A stretch of 64,000 nucleotides of DNA, taken from Raillietiella orientalis. Taxonomy: Eukaryota. Under the pieces are notes generated by a model. The model was not told where the DNA came from and did not search any database. It was given only the letters and a program-made list of their open reading frames with translations. Shown here piece by piece: positions 36,091-49,430 of the stretch. The DNA lies in NCBI GenBank assembly GCA_036172245.1, contig JAYWIR010000005.1, forward strand, positions 2,046,001 through 2,110,000, in the 5' to 3' direction. Made by a program: the position numbers and the translations under genes. Each line of letters opens with the position of its first letter. The first letter of the stretch is position 1.

Positions 36091-37785
36091 AGGACTTCTG
36101 CGTTGCAGAAGCCTGGTCCGACCGCCTCCAAAAGGTGGAGTTGGCGATCGGCCCGTTCCGTTTCCAAGTTTTACTTGCAGGAACGGGCTGAGGTGTGGAA
36201 CGCTTTCGCGGCACCCTTTCTTCGCCCCCAACTTTTTGTTTGTCCCGCCTCACCCCAAATCAGGACAACGACAAGGGGTCTCCTCAGAAAAGCCCTCTGG
36301 GGCAATCGGAGGTCCCACGTCCAAATTAAAGACTTTTGCGCTCCACGCAGGGACGGTGGACTTTGTCTCATGACGTTGGAGCGCATGGAGCGTCAGCTCC
36401 AAATACGCAAAATCGCTCTTGTGGCTAAATACTGGACTGTGCCATGGTGTGCACCCACACGACTCCTCGCCTATAGGGTAAGCGGCTGCTACGGATTGAC
36501 CTCGATCCTAGTGGCTAACGACCGCAGTCTGAACCATTGTGGGTTTCAGCTACGGGATTTGGTTGCCCTGGTGAGTTAAAATACGTCGATCTCCGGCGTC
36601 CCCGAGAACTGGACCATCTGCCTTCAGGAGTCCGTTTCCTCATGGGCAAAATCAACGGCTCCAGCGATGAGGACCACTCCTGCCTTCGTTGAGGCAGGTA
36701 CGCTGGCCAGTCCCTGCGAGAGATCGTTTCCAACCCAAGGAAACTTCTGTGGGCTTCATTCACCCCCCTTGTACCGTGCTGTCTTCCCTGAGAGACGCTA
36801 GGGACAGCCAAGAGGAAGCATAGTGGGAAGTGTTCTGCCTCATCAGAGGCAGGAAAAAACTCTTAAAGGCGTGGACGTCTCGGGAACTAGAGAACGCTGC
36901 AACCCCGAGTATCCCACCTAATGGACTTGTGCTCTGGGGCGAGCTGCTCGATATACCTCCGGAGGAGGCGAAGTGGTCCCCAACGCATTGGGACAATGGT
37001 ACCCTCCCTTTGGATTGGGAGGAGACGGCGCTGCTCGTGTTGCATTGGGGACTCCTTTGCAGAGCACGCCTCTCCCACTGGACATTAGGGAGTATGGATG
37101 CCAATTGTACAGAGTCTGGGGAAAGGAAGAGCTTCCCCCACCAAATAATCGAGTGTTTTGCCCTCCGCTTATGTGAAATCGACTCTCGTCGATTGTGAGC
37201 ATTTCGGTGGGCGACCCAAAAAACATTTTCCGTCGCCTCCTGATGCGGGACGCCCCTCCAGCCGCCGCGGGTGTTACAGCTCTCTGCTGCATACGCGGAA
37301 TCCTGGAGAAGTGGACCGCGTCAAGGAGAGGCCGCAGTAGTCGAAATGCCATTCACTGGGCGGTCATCTATATGGAGAAGGCTTCCCGTTTCGCCGGCTA
37401 ATAAAAATTCTGCCGGCACTTGTCCGCATCCAAAACCGGATGCAGAGGCCTCCTCATGGCGTACCGTGATCCCTTCCCTTCCCTCCCCTCCCCTCCCCAT
37501 AAAATATTGCCCCCCCTGGTGTTTTGGGGTTTTGTTCTTGTTTTTGTGGTTTTTCCCGCCCCCTTCGCCAGTGTAGAGGACCTCACCGTCCTGCGGGTCG
37601 GTGAGGACAAGTGCATCAAGACAGACAGAACCATGTGTTCTGACTGAAAAAATTCAAAAAAGACAAGACTTTATTATGGAATTTCTTGAAAAATTTTAAT
37701 AATTAGAGCCCCGACTTGCCCGGGTGAAAAACCCCCGAAGGATGACGATGGTTGACCTCGAGGCTTACGGTGAGGCATTGGTTGA

Positions 37786-39330
37786 CACCTGGTCATTCTG
37801 GGACATTTATTTATAAAAAATAAACATACACGTCTGTGGCAGGACGTTTGATCCTGCCACGTTACCTAAAACTACGTGAAGGAACCTCCTGGAAGCTGGC
37901 ACTCGTGCCTCGGCAGCACAAGGAAAGTGGAAACAAAAAGCAAAATAAATAAAACAAGAAACATACAGTTAAAAAATGAGGGAGAAGTTCGGGAAGACAT
38001 TACTGTGTGCTGGAGGATGTCCTCTGCATCCTTGTAAGAATGCCGGCAAATTCCTTTTTAAGATTCCCAGATGGGGCCATCTTGACGCTATCCTCATGAT
38101 GAGAGCAGCAAAATAGATGGCGTCCCTGTGGTCCTGGCCTCCTCTAGCGTTGCTCCATGCAGCCACGATTCTGCGTAGGCGGCAAAGTGCTGCTAGGGAA
38201 GAGGCCGGCGTGAGGGCGTCGAGCAGGAGGCACTTGAAAACGTCTCTGGCGTTGCGCCCTTTGGTTCCAAGGGTCGCAGCGAAGAGTCCCCAAAGGGGTC
38301 GGAGGGCAGCACAGTCCATTAGGAGGTGCGGGAGGGACTCCCGTTCCTCAATGGTTGCACAGTTTGGATCCACACACTCCCGTGTCCAATGATGCCGGTT
38401 GGTGATGCACTGGAGACCCCAGTGCAGCAACATCGACTCCGACTCTAGCCACTTTAAGGGGAGAGTGGATGCGTTCATGAGCACTGAACACATCCACTCT
38501 CCCCTTAAAGTCCACTGCACGTATTTTTCCGGAATGCCTAGTAGCACAACCCAGCGCAAAAAGCCACGTGGTCGAGCACTCGGCGTCCAGTGTCGCTGAG
38601 TTGGCCCGTTTCCCAGTCCCTTTCTCCTTCCAGAGATTTCCACAGTGACTTCCCATCTAGCCGTGAGGCTGCTGCGCATGTGTTCTCTAAGGGAGAACAG
38701 CACGATGGCTTGGGGAGGGAGGTTCTGCTTGCCCATGCACTCTTCGTGGGATCTTCCAGGATCTCCGAGTGTGCAGTTGTTATGCGCGCACAGGAAGCGT
38801 CGCACCTGTTTCGCACTTGGCTCCTGGATCCTCGCCCACGTGCGAACGGTTTCCTGCAACCAGGCACCACCGTTCGCGGGACGGCACGAGATCTATCAGT
38901 TTTTTGTCGTCGGAGTGGTCACCTGCCGAAGGTGCAGTCCGCAGTGGATGAGACTGCGTGGAGGGCGCGCAAGGAAGGACGCAAATCCCACTCTGACGGT
39001 GACTCCCTGGACGAGAAGACGTGCAGATTGGCACCAGATGGTGCTTCAGAGGTTTGCCACGACAAGTGTCCGAAACTTGAGCTGCAGCCTTATCCGCTCC
39101 TGTCAGAAGGCCTAGGCCACCGTCCCGGAGCGAAGTACATTAGTGCTTTAGGCGGACTCGGGATCTCCCTTTGTCCGGGAGGGCAATCCTTCCGGATTGC
39201 TCTCTGGGGCGGATCTTTCGTCCGCTCTCTAATACTACATTTGCCAGTCTCTTTGGAACGGGCCGAGAGTCTACAGTGCTTTCTGAAGTCGGCCTGACCA
39301 GGCATCTGCCGAGCAGAAATCCCTCAATGG
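37786..39330 (-). mobile_element. 5'-truncated LINE, tail-to-tail with host X
   Basis: Terminal motif at 37786-37810; a 296-aa ORF with LLHWGLQC..HHWT..ESLPHLLMDC, and RDGGLGL upstream. Confidence 0.85.
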
Positions 39331-39890
39331 AATGCTCAGGTGCTTTGTGCCAGGTACAAGGTGCTGGCTCGTAAGGATCTCCACGAGGATTCAGTCCGGC
39401 TGTCCCTCTCATGCCGCACCAACTGGAACTACGGAATAATTCGCCCTGCTCACCAGCAGGTCCGTCCCACGGCTGAGCATCTCGAAGAAGCCGTTGAGTG
39501 AGGCATGTCAGCGTGGACATGGGGAGCAAATAGCCCCAGACCCAGGTTGCTTCGAGGGAAGGCTTCAAGGCGGCAACTTCCAATCAGAGCCATCTGTTGA
39601 GTGAACTTGCCATTGCAGGAACGGTAAGGAAAGACGGGGAGTCGTTGCGAAAATGCACGGCTCTGAAGGACGTTTCCAACTTGCACGCCGTCGTGCGTAG
39701 CGATACATCCATTCATTTACGTGATCTGAGTGACATCATCTAAGAGTAAACAGCCACGTTAACCATGCTCTTCTTGTGCCCTTTGGAAAACGACGTGAGA
39801 GCAATCGGGATGATCTCATAATAATGCCGTCTCCGATGGAAGTCAGCGTCTTCCAAAAATTGCTTCAGTCCACGTTATAGCATCTGCATT

Positions 39891-40110
39891 CACCTGGTCA
39901 CTGGAGCTAAAGCGTTCTTGTCTTTGAAAAGATAAATAAAAAAGTAACTGCCAGATGGGTTGCCGAAGGAAGCAGAGACGGAGGGTCCTCAGTGGAAGGT
40001 GCACCGACACGCAAGTGGGACAAGTGGGGAGTTCAGAACAAAAAAGAAGGAACAGTAAATAGAAAAAAAAGAGGGAAAGAAAGAAACAAAGGTCACCGGA
40101 GCCTAGCCCG
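39891..40110 (-). mobile_element. LINE 3' UTR remnant (second subfamily)
   Basis: CACCTGGTCA start and CACCGACACGCA shared with the 16141 and 24052 copies. Confidence 0.5.
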
Positions 40111-40224
40111 ATGCGGGCAACTAAAGAACCACCTTAGGGAGGGAAGTTAACGAAACTCTTCCACACCGTCCACGCTACCCAAGGTCGCATGTTGTTCTTC
40201 AAGTTAGAGCGTAATCCCAGAACT

Positions 40225-40400
40225 ACCCAGGAAGGACTACCTTATAAATCCAGAAAGACTCCGGGGAAAGGAGTCCGTTCCTCTTACGCTTGCTTGGTAG
40301 GAAACCCCAAAGGGAACTCTCTTCCTTATTCTCACTGAAAAGATCTTGCAGGAGGCCACTCCAGGAACGAGAAGTCGTTTCTAACGAAAAGAGGCGACTC
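40225..40400 (-). mobile_element. SINE-like body fragment
   Basis: Aligns with 61705-61850 (GGAAGGACTACCTTATAAATCCAG, CCGTTCCTCTTACGC). Confidence 0.55.
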
Positions 40401-43400
40401 GCAAGGCAGCCGCTTCGGAACGACTTTTGCCTGCACGTGGCACACGCAGGAATTCCTGTCGGCCTCACTGTTGTCCTGTTCTTTCCAACAGGACAGTGAC
40501 GAACAGATTCCTTCCGGGAAATGAAAGGACGGCAGCTCTTTTGAAGGATTTCACTGCCATGGAGGGCTCCTCCCTTCTCGGCTTCTTGAGAATCTGAGAG
40601 GAGACGAGATCACAGGAACATCAAAGAGCCATGCTAAGACCCACTCAAGCGATAGATGATGAGAAGATCTTTGGAGCGTCGGATTTGAAAGAGAATCTTC
40701 AGCACTGGCACCTTGGTTGTAGCCATTCCACTGAGTATTCGGTTCTGAATGTCAGTGGGACTGCTCAGAGGATGCGGATGAGCGCTCAGAGTGTCATTAT
40801 TTTTTCAAGTCATTTCCGCAGATGCTGCGGGGATGCTGGACCCCAGGAACTTGCTTCGAAACGTAACAGGGTCATTCCGATTTCATGAGAAACCTTAGTT
40901 ATCCACTGCACACGACACAGTGGCAGGACATAACTCTGGAGACAATCAGGAAGAATGCTGAGATGACCTTGGATCCGAAACGGAGTTGCTGATGCTGCAT
41001 CAATAGTTAATCATATCGATCAAAGTCCTTGGAAAGTCGTTAAAAGAGAGGATGCTAAGAGAGAGATGTCGTCTTGGATCTCATGGAACTCGATAGAAAC
41101 TCGTGCGCATGGGATTCAAAAGATGATTATTTCTGAAAGCTAGAAGCTGTGAAAGGGTTGAATGCCACACAGAACACACCGTGATCACGTCCCAAGTACG
41201 GCCGGAGGATCATTCCTTGCGAACTCTTTTTGGCAAGCCTTCAGGTGAAGTTCCCCAGGACTTTCCGCAGTGACCCCGGACAGCCGTCACATCCCTTGTC
41301 CGCTGCTCTTATCTGCCCCCAGAGCAGACAAAAGCAGCGGTTAATCGGAGGGGTGAGAGCTCTATCGCACCATTGTAGGAATCAAGAAACTCGTTGCTGG
41401 TCGGAAGACGAGAGAGCTGGCGGAGGCCGCCTCTCCTCGTTCCCGGGCTCAGGAGTCCCTTCAGTGTTGCGAGCTGGCTGCGTGTTTCCTGAATAATTCC
41501 CAATCCCTCCCTTGTGTATAGACTCTGCATTGCTCGTACCAAAATGGAAATAGGATATTCTGATGTTTCTGCACGGGGGGTTTCATTCGACCAGCGCACT
41601 CAGCTGGTTTCTCGGGGAGCTGCCTCTCCAAACTCTTCCAGGAGCGAAGGGATCGACTCTTATTGGACACTGTTGTGTCCTGGAGTTCATTTGGCTGCGG
41701 CTCGCTTTGGCGGCAGGCCACCTGGAAGACGACTCCAAAGACTTGAGCGGAGATTATTTACGCACAACGGGATGATGTCAGGCTCTGTGACCACGAAGAG
41801 ATGCTGCATCCACGCCATCGTCGCAGCCTGCTTCGTGATAGAGTCCCGTTCCTGGCGAAGGGAGGCCACTCGCATGGCCTCCTTTCCTTAAGAGGTGGCC
41901 TCACCTGTAGGAGATCTCCAGCGTCCAGTGCAGCTGTAGGAAGAAAGAAGCAGCTGGAAACAAAGACTCCCGCCTTTTTTTTTACTTTATCTATTGTTCT
42001 CTCTCCTGCTTCATACTCCCTTAGGAACCGGCCTGCAAGCTGGTGGTCATCTCCGTGGACTTTCGACGTGATTTATTTATTTTTGAATGAATGTCTTGGC
42101 GTGAGCGGGAACCCCGCTGTGCTGCCGATACAGACATGGCTGAAAAGGATGAGGAGGCCCTCTAGGTTTCCCGAATCGTTTCCTTGTGCTGCACGGCAAA
42201 AGCAGAACACAGAATCCTTCGTCTTATGCACCCCCCCCCCTCAAAGAACAATGCAGGTGCTGAGAGAGAAGCACAGACAAAAGATTCAGGTTTTCTGTGA
42301 GTTTAGTGGACAGTGGCCAAGAGCGCAAAGTTCAACTGTACGTAGAAGGGTGGATCCAGCAGAACATTATGCTGAAGATGCATCTCGTAGCAAACTGATT
42401 TGCAGATGAGCGGTTTTTCGGTCGCCATACCTTACAAACGACCACCAGATAGGTGACAAGGAAAAGTCTGATGATGATCACATCCTCCTTCTCATCGCAT
42501 TGATCCTTTTGCCTGCCTGTGGAGGGACAGTAGAAAAATGCCTCATTCTTGTGGGCACCACTGCTTTGGCGCAGCTTCAGAATCTGCAACCAAACAACAA
42601 ACTTTCAATAGAAACAGTGGAGCTGTGAAAAGCTTGGACAATGGACACGTCAAAGGCAGACTGATCATAATTTTCGGATATGTTGGCGCTCCATTTTTCC
42701 TTTGAGGATAGATAGAAACCCGGGCGGTCCTTTTATCTATGCTGCAGATCAGCACAGGCGTATTGTGGGCGGATACACCAGGTGCTTTTTAACACATTGG
42801 AGATGGATGCGTGGATCTTCTCAAACTTGGCTAGAAAAGCCACATGTCTTTTATGAGAAATGGCGTAAGATTCTCAGCTTTTATGATTGAAAAGAAGAAT
42901 GAAGCGAAATTTTTGGTCTACGGGGAATCGTTTACCAGCTTTGCTGATGAGCGTACTCATACCCTGTACTGTTTGTATTACACCCTGACTTTACTCGTGC
43001 TCTGCCGTATTAAAGATTGAAGGGAATTAACGCAATATTATTAAACAAAACTTATGAAATCAGAGATTAGATGGGATTTCCAAGTTAATAAAATTGGATA
43101 GATAGGATTGAACAGAGTTTCTTAGTGAGAATAATGGAAGATAAACGATATTAAATATAATAAATATGTTCATTAAGTAAAATTTTTGCTCAATTGGAAG
43201 CTCCTTCAATTGAATTTTATTTAATGGAAGAATTCTTGTTGATTCTAGGTTAAATTTCAGAATTCAATTCATCTTGCGGTTTACACGAGAGTTTAAATTT
43301 AAAAGAGTTTAAATTTCCTTCCGGCGGAATGCAGTATTTGTAGAGAAGCTGCAGACAGCGTAGGTCCATCTCTACTCGAATGAAATCAAAATGCACTTTC

Positions 43401-45601
43401 CAACTTCTTCATATCTGTGATCCCGAGAGACATGTTTTCTTCATTTTAGATGTGCTGTTCTATAGCATTTCCTATAGCTTCCGCAACCAGTGAGCACAGA
43501 CCTTTAATGATGCCATTTCTTTTTGGAAGTTTCGTACTCGACGTCACCACATTCACAAAGTGGACAATTTGCTTCTGGATTGCCCATTCTTTAAGGAGTC
43601 CTCAGCAGGTTGCTATTGGTGATCACCTGTCAGATTTACTCTAACGCAATGAACGATAGAGTTGCACTTTTCCTTTCCGTTTCTTGGAAATTCCAAAATC
43701 ATTCCAAACTTAGTTTGGAATTTGCGAGAGCTTCTTTTGGAACCAAAAGGTCATTCTTAGCTGTTGTATAAGGAAGTTGAAATTCACATCATTTGCTGAT
43801 CGACAGTCATCACTTCTCGATCATGATATTTGATAACTGTATTCTTTACCCCTTCGAAACATGCCCCACCACTCTCCTTTAACTCAGATGCTTTCGAGCC
43901 TTTCGTCGCCTTCTTGGTGGAATCAACGCAATATAAACGAGTCATGGATCTTCCTGATACAGGATTGCCCTATTTTCATGTTTTTTTCCTCTGATGTGCT
44001 CCAGCAAGAACATCTCCTTCGGGATCGAGACCAGGGTGAGCACTTGTTTTCTTCGTTTCTTTGCGCAGCCATTTTTCTCGATATGAACCAATCCTCAATT
44101 AGCGTACCATTCAATGCATCCGTTGGTTAGGTGTCGCCGCCATCAGCAATTGACAGTTCACTTGGAAGAAGGGAAATCCCCTAGATGGGTAGCAAGATCC
44201 GTTTTTTTGTCCAACATCATGTGGTTGGGAAGCGAGGGAGAAATCAAAGCTGCTCTTCGCACCCACTCTCTTCTGAGAGAAAACAGGAAAAGAGGAAAAT
44301 ACACACAAGCATGCACTGCTTTGATCTTTTGTCCGAAAGTTTGTTTCTTTTTCCTTAAGAGGCAACATCTCAGTCAAGGCAAATGCATTTATCAAGTGCA
44401 TGTGTGCAGTCTATTTACGTAAAGTAATGCATCCTGTCCATTACGATGTACGTTCTCTTCTCTGTGTATGCAAGCTGTGTGTTAATTTCCAACGGTGAGA
44501 GTGGGCTTAACATGGATTCTCAGAGTGAATTCTGGCTGTCGGGCTGCAGGATTTCCGAGTGCTTGACGATCTAACGAGGATGCGTGCACGAGGACATCCA
44601 AACTGACGGAAGAGCGTGAACTAGTGAGCGTCCCTTGCGGAGTGGACTAAATGTTTAAAGTGGATAGAAAGGAGCGAACTTCCTATAAATCAGTGGGAGC
44701 TGGACCCCTCGTAAAGGTATGTGAAAAGCAGATCCGCTTCGAGTATTACCTTTTGCGCTTACCTCATTAAACCCGCACGAAAAACTGCTGCGAGGAGCAG
44801 CATTACCGATACATCACCTAACAGTTTGGAACAGGGTGACCTTTGAAACGCACCTCCTATTGAGGATTCCAGCTTCCACGAATCTTGTTCCCATAGAGGC
44901 CAGCAGCATGGGCAGGATCTGACAAGTATCATACGAAGAGTCCAAATACTTTGACGTCCAAATGCTTGGTTCCTTCTAGAATGCAGATCCGAGGTAAAGC
45001 CTGTTCGGTGTTTGGAAGTAGGAATCCTTTTCTGGCTCTTTCTCTCTGCAGGAGATCGGGGGTTCATGCTGTGTCTCCAAAAACAATCGAAAATGCAAAG
45101 ACGGAGATGGCAAAAAAGGGGTAACTTCTCTTGGAAGAAATCCCCAAAAGACTAAGCTGACCTGTCTTTGCAAAAGGGGGCTCCTTGGATGGAGTCGCTG
45201 GAAATGGAAAGCTGACGTAGATGAGAGTAAACCAAATGTAAAGAGAGAATACCATTTCAGCATCTCCGTGGAACCACCTCAAGCGCAGAGGTGCAAGCAG
45301 CGCTCTACCGATGGTTTCCCAATCGGCAACTTGAAACCCATTCCACGTAGGCGAAAATAAGGGATGAAAGGTATTCGAAAAACCAGCTAAATAAGGAAGG
45401 AAGTGGAATTTGTTGATATTTAACGGAGCTTCGCTTGTGTGGGCATGGTGCTTGCAAGATCTTCTTCAAGAAACAGCAGCTTTTCTTTGCTTTCCTGGAA
45501 ACGCCTTCAAAAGGAAACAGAAGCAAAATGCGGTTGAGGCGAGATGCTAGTCGAACGCCTCCGGCATTTCGGCGTCATGCTCCCTCTGAGAGGCGAAAAA
45601 G

Positions 45602-46060
45602 TCTCTGCTCGTTCTATGGGTACTTTTCCAGTTTCAGGAAGATGTCCAAGAATACGTGCGGCATTTCGGGTCCTGCAGGAGATGCAGTCTAAGAAGGAAA
45701 AGGGTCATTATGTCCAGTATCTGGCGGAGGCAGTCCGTGAAAGGGAGCCGTCGACACCCATGGCTTTCAGGCTCCGAGTCTGCCCCCCGTAGGAGTGCTG
45801 CAGCTCGAAGGTTCTCAGGAAGACGTTGACGTCCAGGTCCATGCAGCAGTATCAGTGCTTGTTGGCAGTGGGGAGCATGAACCAGACGAAGTCGTCGTAC
45901 GCCATCCGCCCGTTCTTCAAGGCGCTCATCACCGTTCCGGAAAAGATCCGGTCCACTGTCTTTTGAGACAGCGCAAAACCGCCGTATCTGACCAGGTCGT
46001 TTCTGCTTGGGAGCATGTCATAGTCCATGTCCAGCTCCCAGAACTTGCAGATGAGAGGTA
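45602..46060 (-). pseudogene. PPP2R3: Protein phosphatase 2A regulatory subunit B'' (PR72/PR130 family) pseudogene fragment, EF-hand region
   Basis: LICKFWELDMDYD..DLVRYGGFALSQKTVDRIFSG..MAYDDFVWFML..CMDLD..FELQ..LPFTDCLRQILD..LQD..VFLDIFLKLEKY..NEQR matches the conserved B'' core. Contains stops, frameshifts and a deletion of the SEEDK segment. Confidence 0.9.
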
Positions 46061-49000
46061 ACGGAACAAACTTCCATCAAGCAGCGTAGCAACAACAAAT
46101 AGATGGTAGAGCACGATTGAGTGGGAGAAAAACATGCATGATACGCATACGCACCAGTCCACGCAGCATCCAGAAGCTCTCTGATGCTCAGTGATGCAAT
46201 CGCCCAAAGAGCGACGTCAGTGTGTTTGTTTGGATGGCCGTCAGAATGCAAAAGGCATCTTCAGAGTGATGTTTCTTCGCAAGTGTTTCTTCTGGAAACG
46301 TTACGGTTCCTGATTGATGAGTGGAACGGTGGCTGCTATGTAACCTCAAACTCTGCAGCGTTTTTCCGTGCTTCCAAGAACTCGAAGGTTTCTGTTGCTA
46401 AGTACAGGATTAGTAGGTGGGGACTCTTTCGAAAACTCTAAGGACCCAACCACTTGCTGGAAGGAAGACTCGCATTCAGCCCTGCACTTATTGTTTCGCC
46501 TCCACTTGACCTTCCACACCTTTCCTCTCAAGCTGGAACTGGTGATCGGAAAAACAACTGTCCGCAGCTTCCAAGACTTTCTACCGCCTTCTTCTGAGCA
46601 TCTTCCCTCCAGATTACAGTCCACCCCTTTCCCCACTATGGAAATACGCAGATGCTACGCTCATGCAAACCCATCCGCCGCTGCAGACCTCAAGATTCCG
46701 CTTCTTAAGATGCTTCGGCACGAAGTTTGAACTTTCTTCGAGAACTTTCTTCATTTTTCTCAGTGAAGAGCATCCCGTAGATGTCTCGGGTACTAATTAC
46801 AAGCCTCGTGAGAACATCAGTTAACTCTGAGGTGACAGCAGAATTGCGGCAAGCCCATCCATATTTAATGCCATCTTGTGAGCAGAGAGTCTTTCATGGG
46901 GAACGAGAGGGCACGGATGCATGTGGGAGTCCAGGGAATCTAATACTGCCCCCTGAAAAATGGTAAGGGACCGAAAGAACGTGAGGAAAAAGGATCTCCG
47001 CCGAAAGCTATTGCAGGTACACATCGTTCGAACTCTTTTAATCTTCTGATGTCCGTCCGGTTGGCGCTGATGCATTTCCGGGACTACGGAGAGAACGTGG
47101 AAATTCTATTTGCAAGTCTCCTGGTTCCGTTCCGCGGGCCTTTTTTCCCCTTCACGAGGAAAAAGCATTCCTTCCTCTTCCTTCGTTCTCCCATTTGAGC
47201 ATCACCGCGTGAATAGAGTTTCCCAAAGGGCGGATAGTCCAGAGCTCTCCGGCTTCTCGGGAGTGAGTTGACAACCTATCTCTGCGCTCCGGTGATACTT
47301 CTTAAAAAAGGAACGCACGCACTGGCTTGCACACTGCCCTCTATTCCCGGACTGTTTGAACTTTTTGGAATCTTCGTCCGTTCACTTCCAGCGCCGCCTC
47401 ACGATCCCTGAAAGGGTTGCCCTGGCCTTTCGGCAGAACTCCGAAGTCCGAATCCCCGGCTGGCAATAAGTGCGCCACCAATGGAAGCCTTGAGAACTCA
47501 GCCTCCTAGAATCCCTGCCGCTGGTTTCCGCGACGCCATCTACCAGACGACTGAAGCTTACCAACCGACTCGGCTTCACTTTTTCTCCTTTCCTCTTTTC
47601 CAGCTCCATTTGTTTTCGTTTCCGTGCTCCCGTGAATTGCCATGGCATCCGCTGTTTTCTTTTCGCATGGAAAGTGGGTCGTGCAAGCAGGGCCATGGGA
47701 AACGAAGCTGGAAAAACCCAGATGCAAGTCTCATGGTGGATCCGTTCCCGGGATTTCGGAAACTCGGCGGGTCCTCCTGGAATTTCCGTGAAACCCGCTT
47801 TGAAGGTGGGTGCCAAATGAACTCTGGTATTCCCAGTTTGTCACGGTACTCCCGACTCTTCGGGAAAATGGGCCGGCTAATTTGAACACTCTATGAACAA
47901 TTCCCTCATCCGCAGGAGCTGATATAATCAGCACTCCATTAGGAGGTTCCCCGAGGAACTTTATCCTTGGGGACATAAACAGGGAGTCATCAGAAATCCT
48001 CTTCTTAAAAACCACTGAAAGAAGCCTTCGGGTGAATGAGAACGTGGACGCAACAAGCACGCGTTTGTACCTTTAAGGACTCTGAATGACTGCCGAATTT
48101 GGCTCATATCTCACAGATCGACCAGCTTGAGCACTGAGTTCCATGAATCCATCAGGAACTTGGGACGATGACTGCGATCCAGGAGGTCAGTGCAGAGCCT
48201 GCCCGTTCACTAGCACTGAAGAGAATTGTGTGGAAGATCCATTACCAGGATCAGATCTTTCCAGGCAGCATAGAAGGCGCCAGTTTCCAGAGCAGCTACT
48301 CAGAGGAAAAAGGGAACTTCTCCTTCCTAGAGAAGGAAAAATCGTTCCTGTGGAACTGTGAAATTCTAAAGATCGATTCGGCATTTGGTCAGCTTCAGTC
48401 TTCTTTCCGTAGCATGCACTCGTGACCGCTACTTTGATTTTCGAGATCTTTCGCTGTTATGAGGGGTCATCAGGTGAGAAGGTCACATCTATTACATATC
48501 TCAGGGATTCAGACTCTCCCTGCGTGTTTTTACGAGGAGGAATATGCCAGCGTTGAAACGAGCTTCAAGAACGTTTGCACCTGGAAAGCAGACAATCGAT
48601 CGCGGGACTTTGCCACTTTTGCTTTCCAAACTCACCTCGAGGACTCTGAAAATCAAAGAGATGGATGAGAAATGAAATCATCAGACTCAGGATGCAGCAT
48701 GGGAATTGTTTTTTAAGGGAAGCAGGATTCGAAGCTGAGGGTGAAGAGATATAGTCGGTGTTGCACGATCCAAAGTTTGAAAATCTTTTAGAGACGTAAA
48801 GCGCGTCCGCAAAAAGAAGAAGCAGGTCGACCCTCACTTCAGTACAAGGATGGAATGATGTTGCCTTGATGAAAGCAGCTTCTTCCTCCTTTGCCCCTGC
48901 ACCACAGCAGGAATGGTGCTCAGTACCGTTACTTTGATGTACCGTATAACAGGATACTCGTCGTGCTCACCACATCATGAAACACTGTAAGTTACTCTCA

Positions 49001-49129
49001 TCTCATGCAGTTTTCCATGTACCGTTCACTGGAATGGACCATATGGGAGCATCCGACGTCGTGATGCAGCAAGAAACAAACTCTCAGTTTCCACATATCC
49101 AACGCACTTGAAGAGTCAAGTACAGTAGG

Positions 49130-49430
49130 GGATTTTGGAGTCAGTGGACCTCCGTCATCCCTATTGCAGATATCCCAATTGGGTTTCAAATTTCGCACAT
49201 GCGCGTGAGCAAGAATTCTTTCATTTCTTCTCAGCCACATGATGCAGGGAGATGAATGCCGACGATGGCCACCAGGACTTCAACAAGAAGAGCAAGAACA
49301 AAGATCTCCCAAGCGCACGCCCTGCGGCTCCCAAAACCAGATGGATATCAAGGGGCAGATTCGGCAAGGTAAATTGCGCTGACATTGGGTGACAAGACAG
49401 CATGCTGAGGACGCCCCAGATGATGGGAAA
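49130..49430 (-). pseudogene. Decayed trypsin-family serine protease (or homolog) fragment
   Basis: AVLSPNVSAIYL..SGFG..LVEVLVAIV..C..MC and DICNRDDGGPL occur in the expected order for the C-terminal half of an S1 protease; stops and frameshifts present. Confidence 0.45.

Larger units (their letters stand above)
24620..37726 (+). mobile_element. Near full-length L1/Tx1-clade LINE ('host X') broken by several later insertions
   Basis: Pieces occur in order: ORF1 CCHC knuckles (24860-24960); APE WNGNGL..LQEIHV..VRFD (25870-26150); FDAEG..HLIAGDFN (27570-27766); DHAFF..SDH..WRLP (33063-33482); RT (34780-36100); C-terminus; terminal motif at 37702-37726. Confidence 0.75.
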
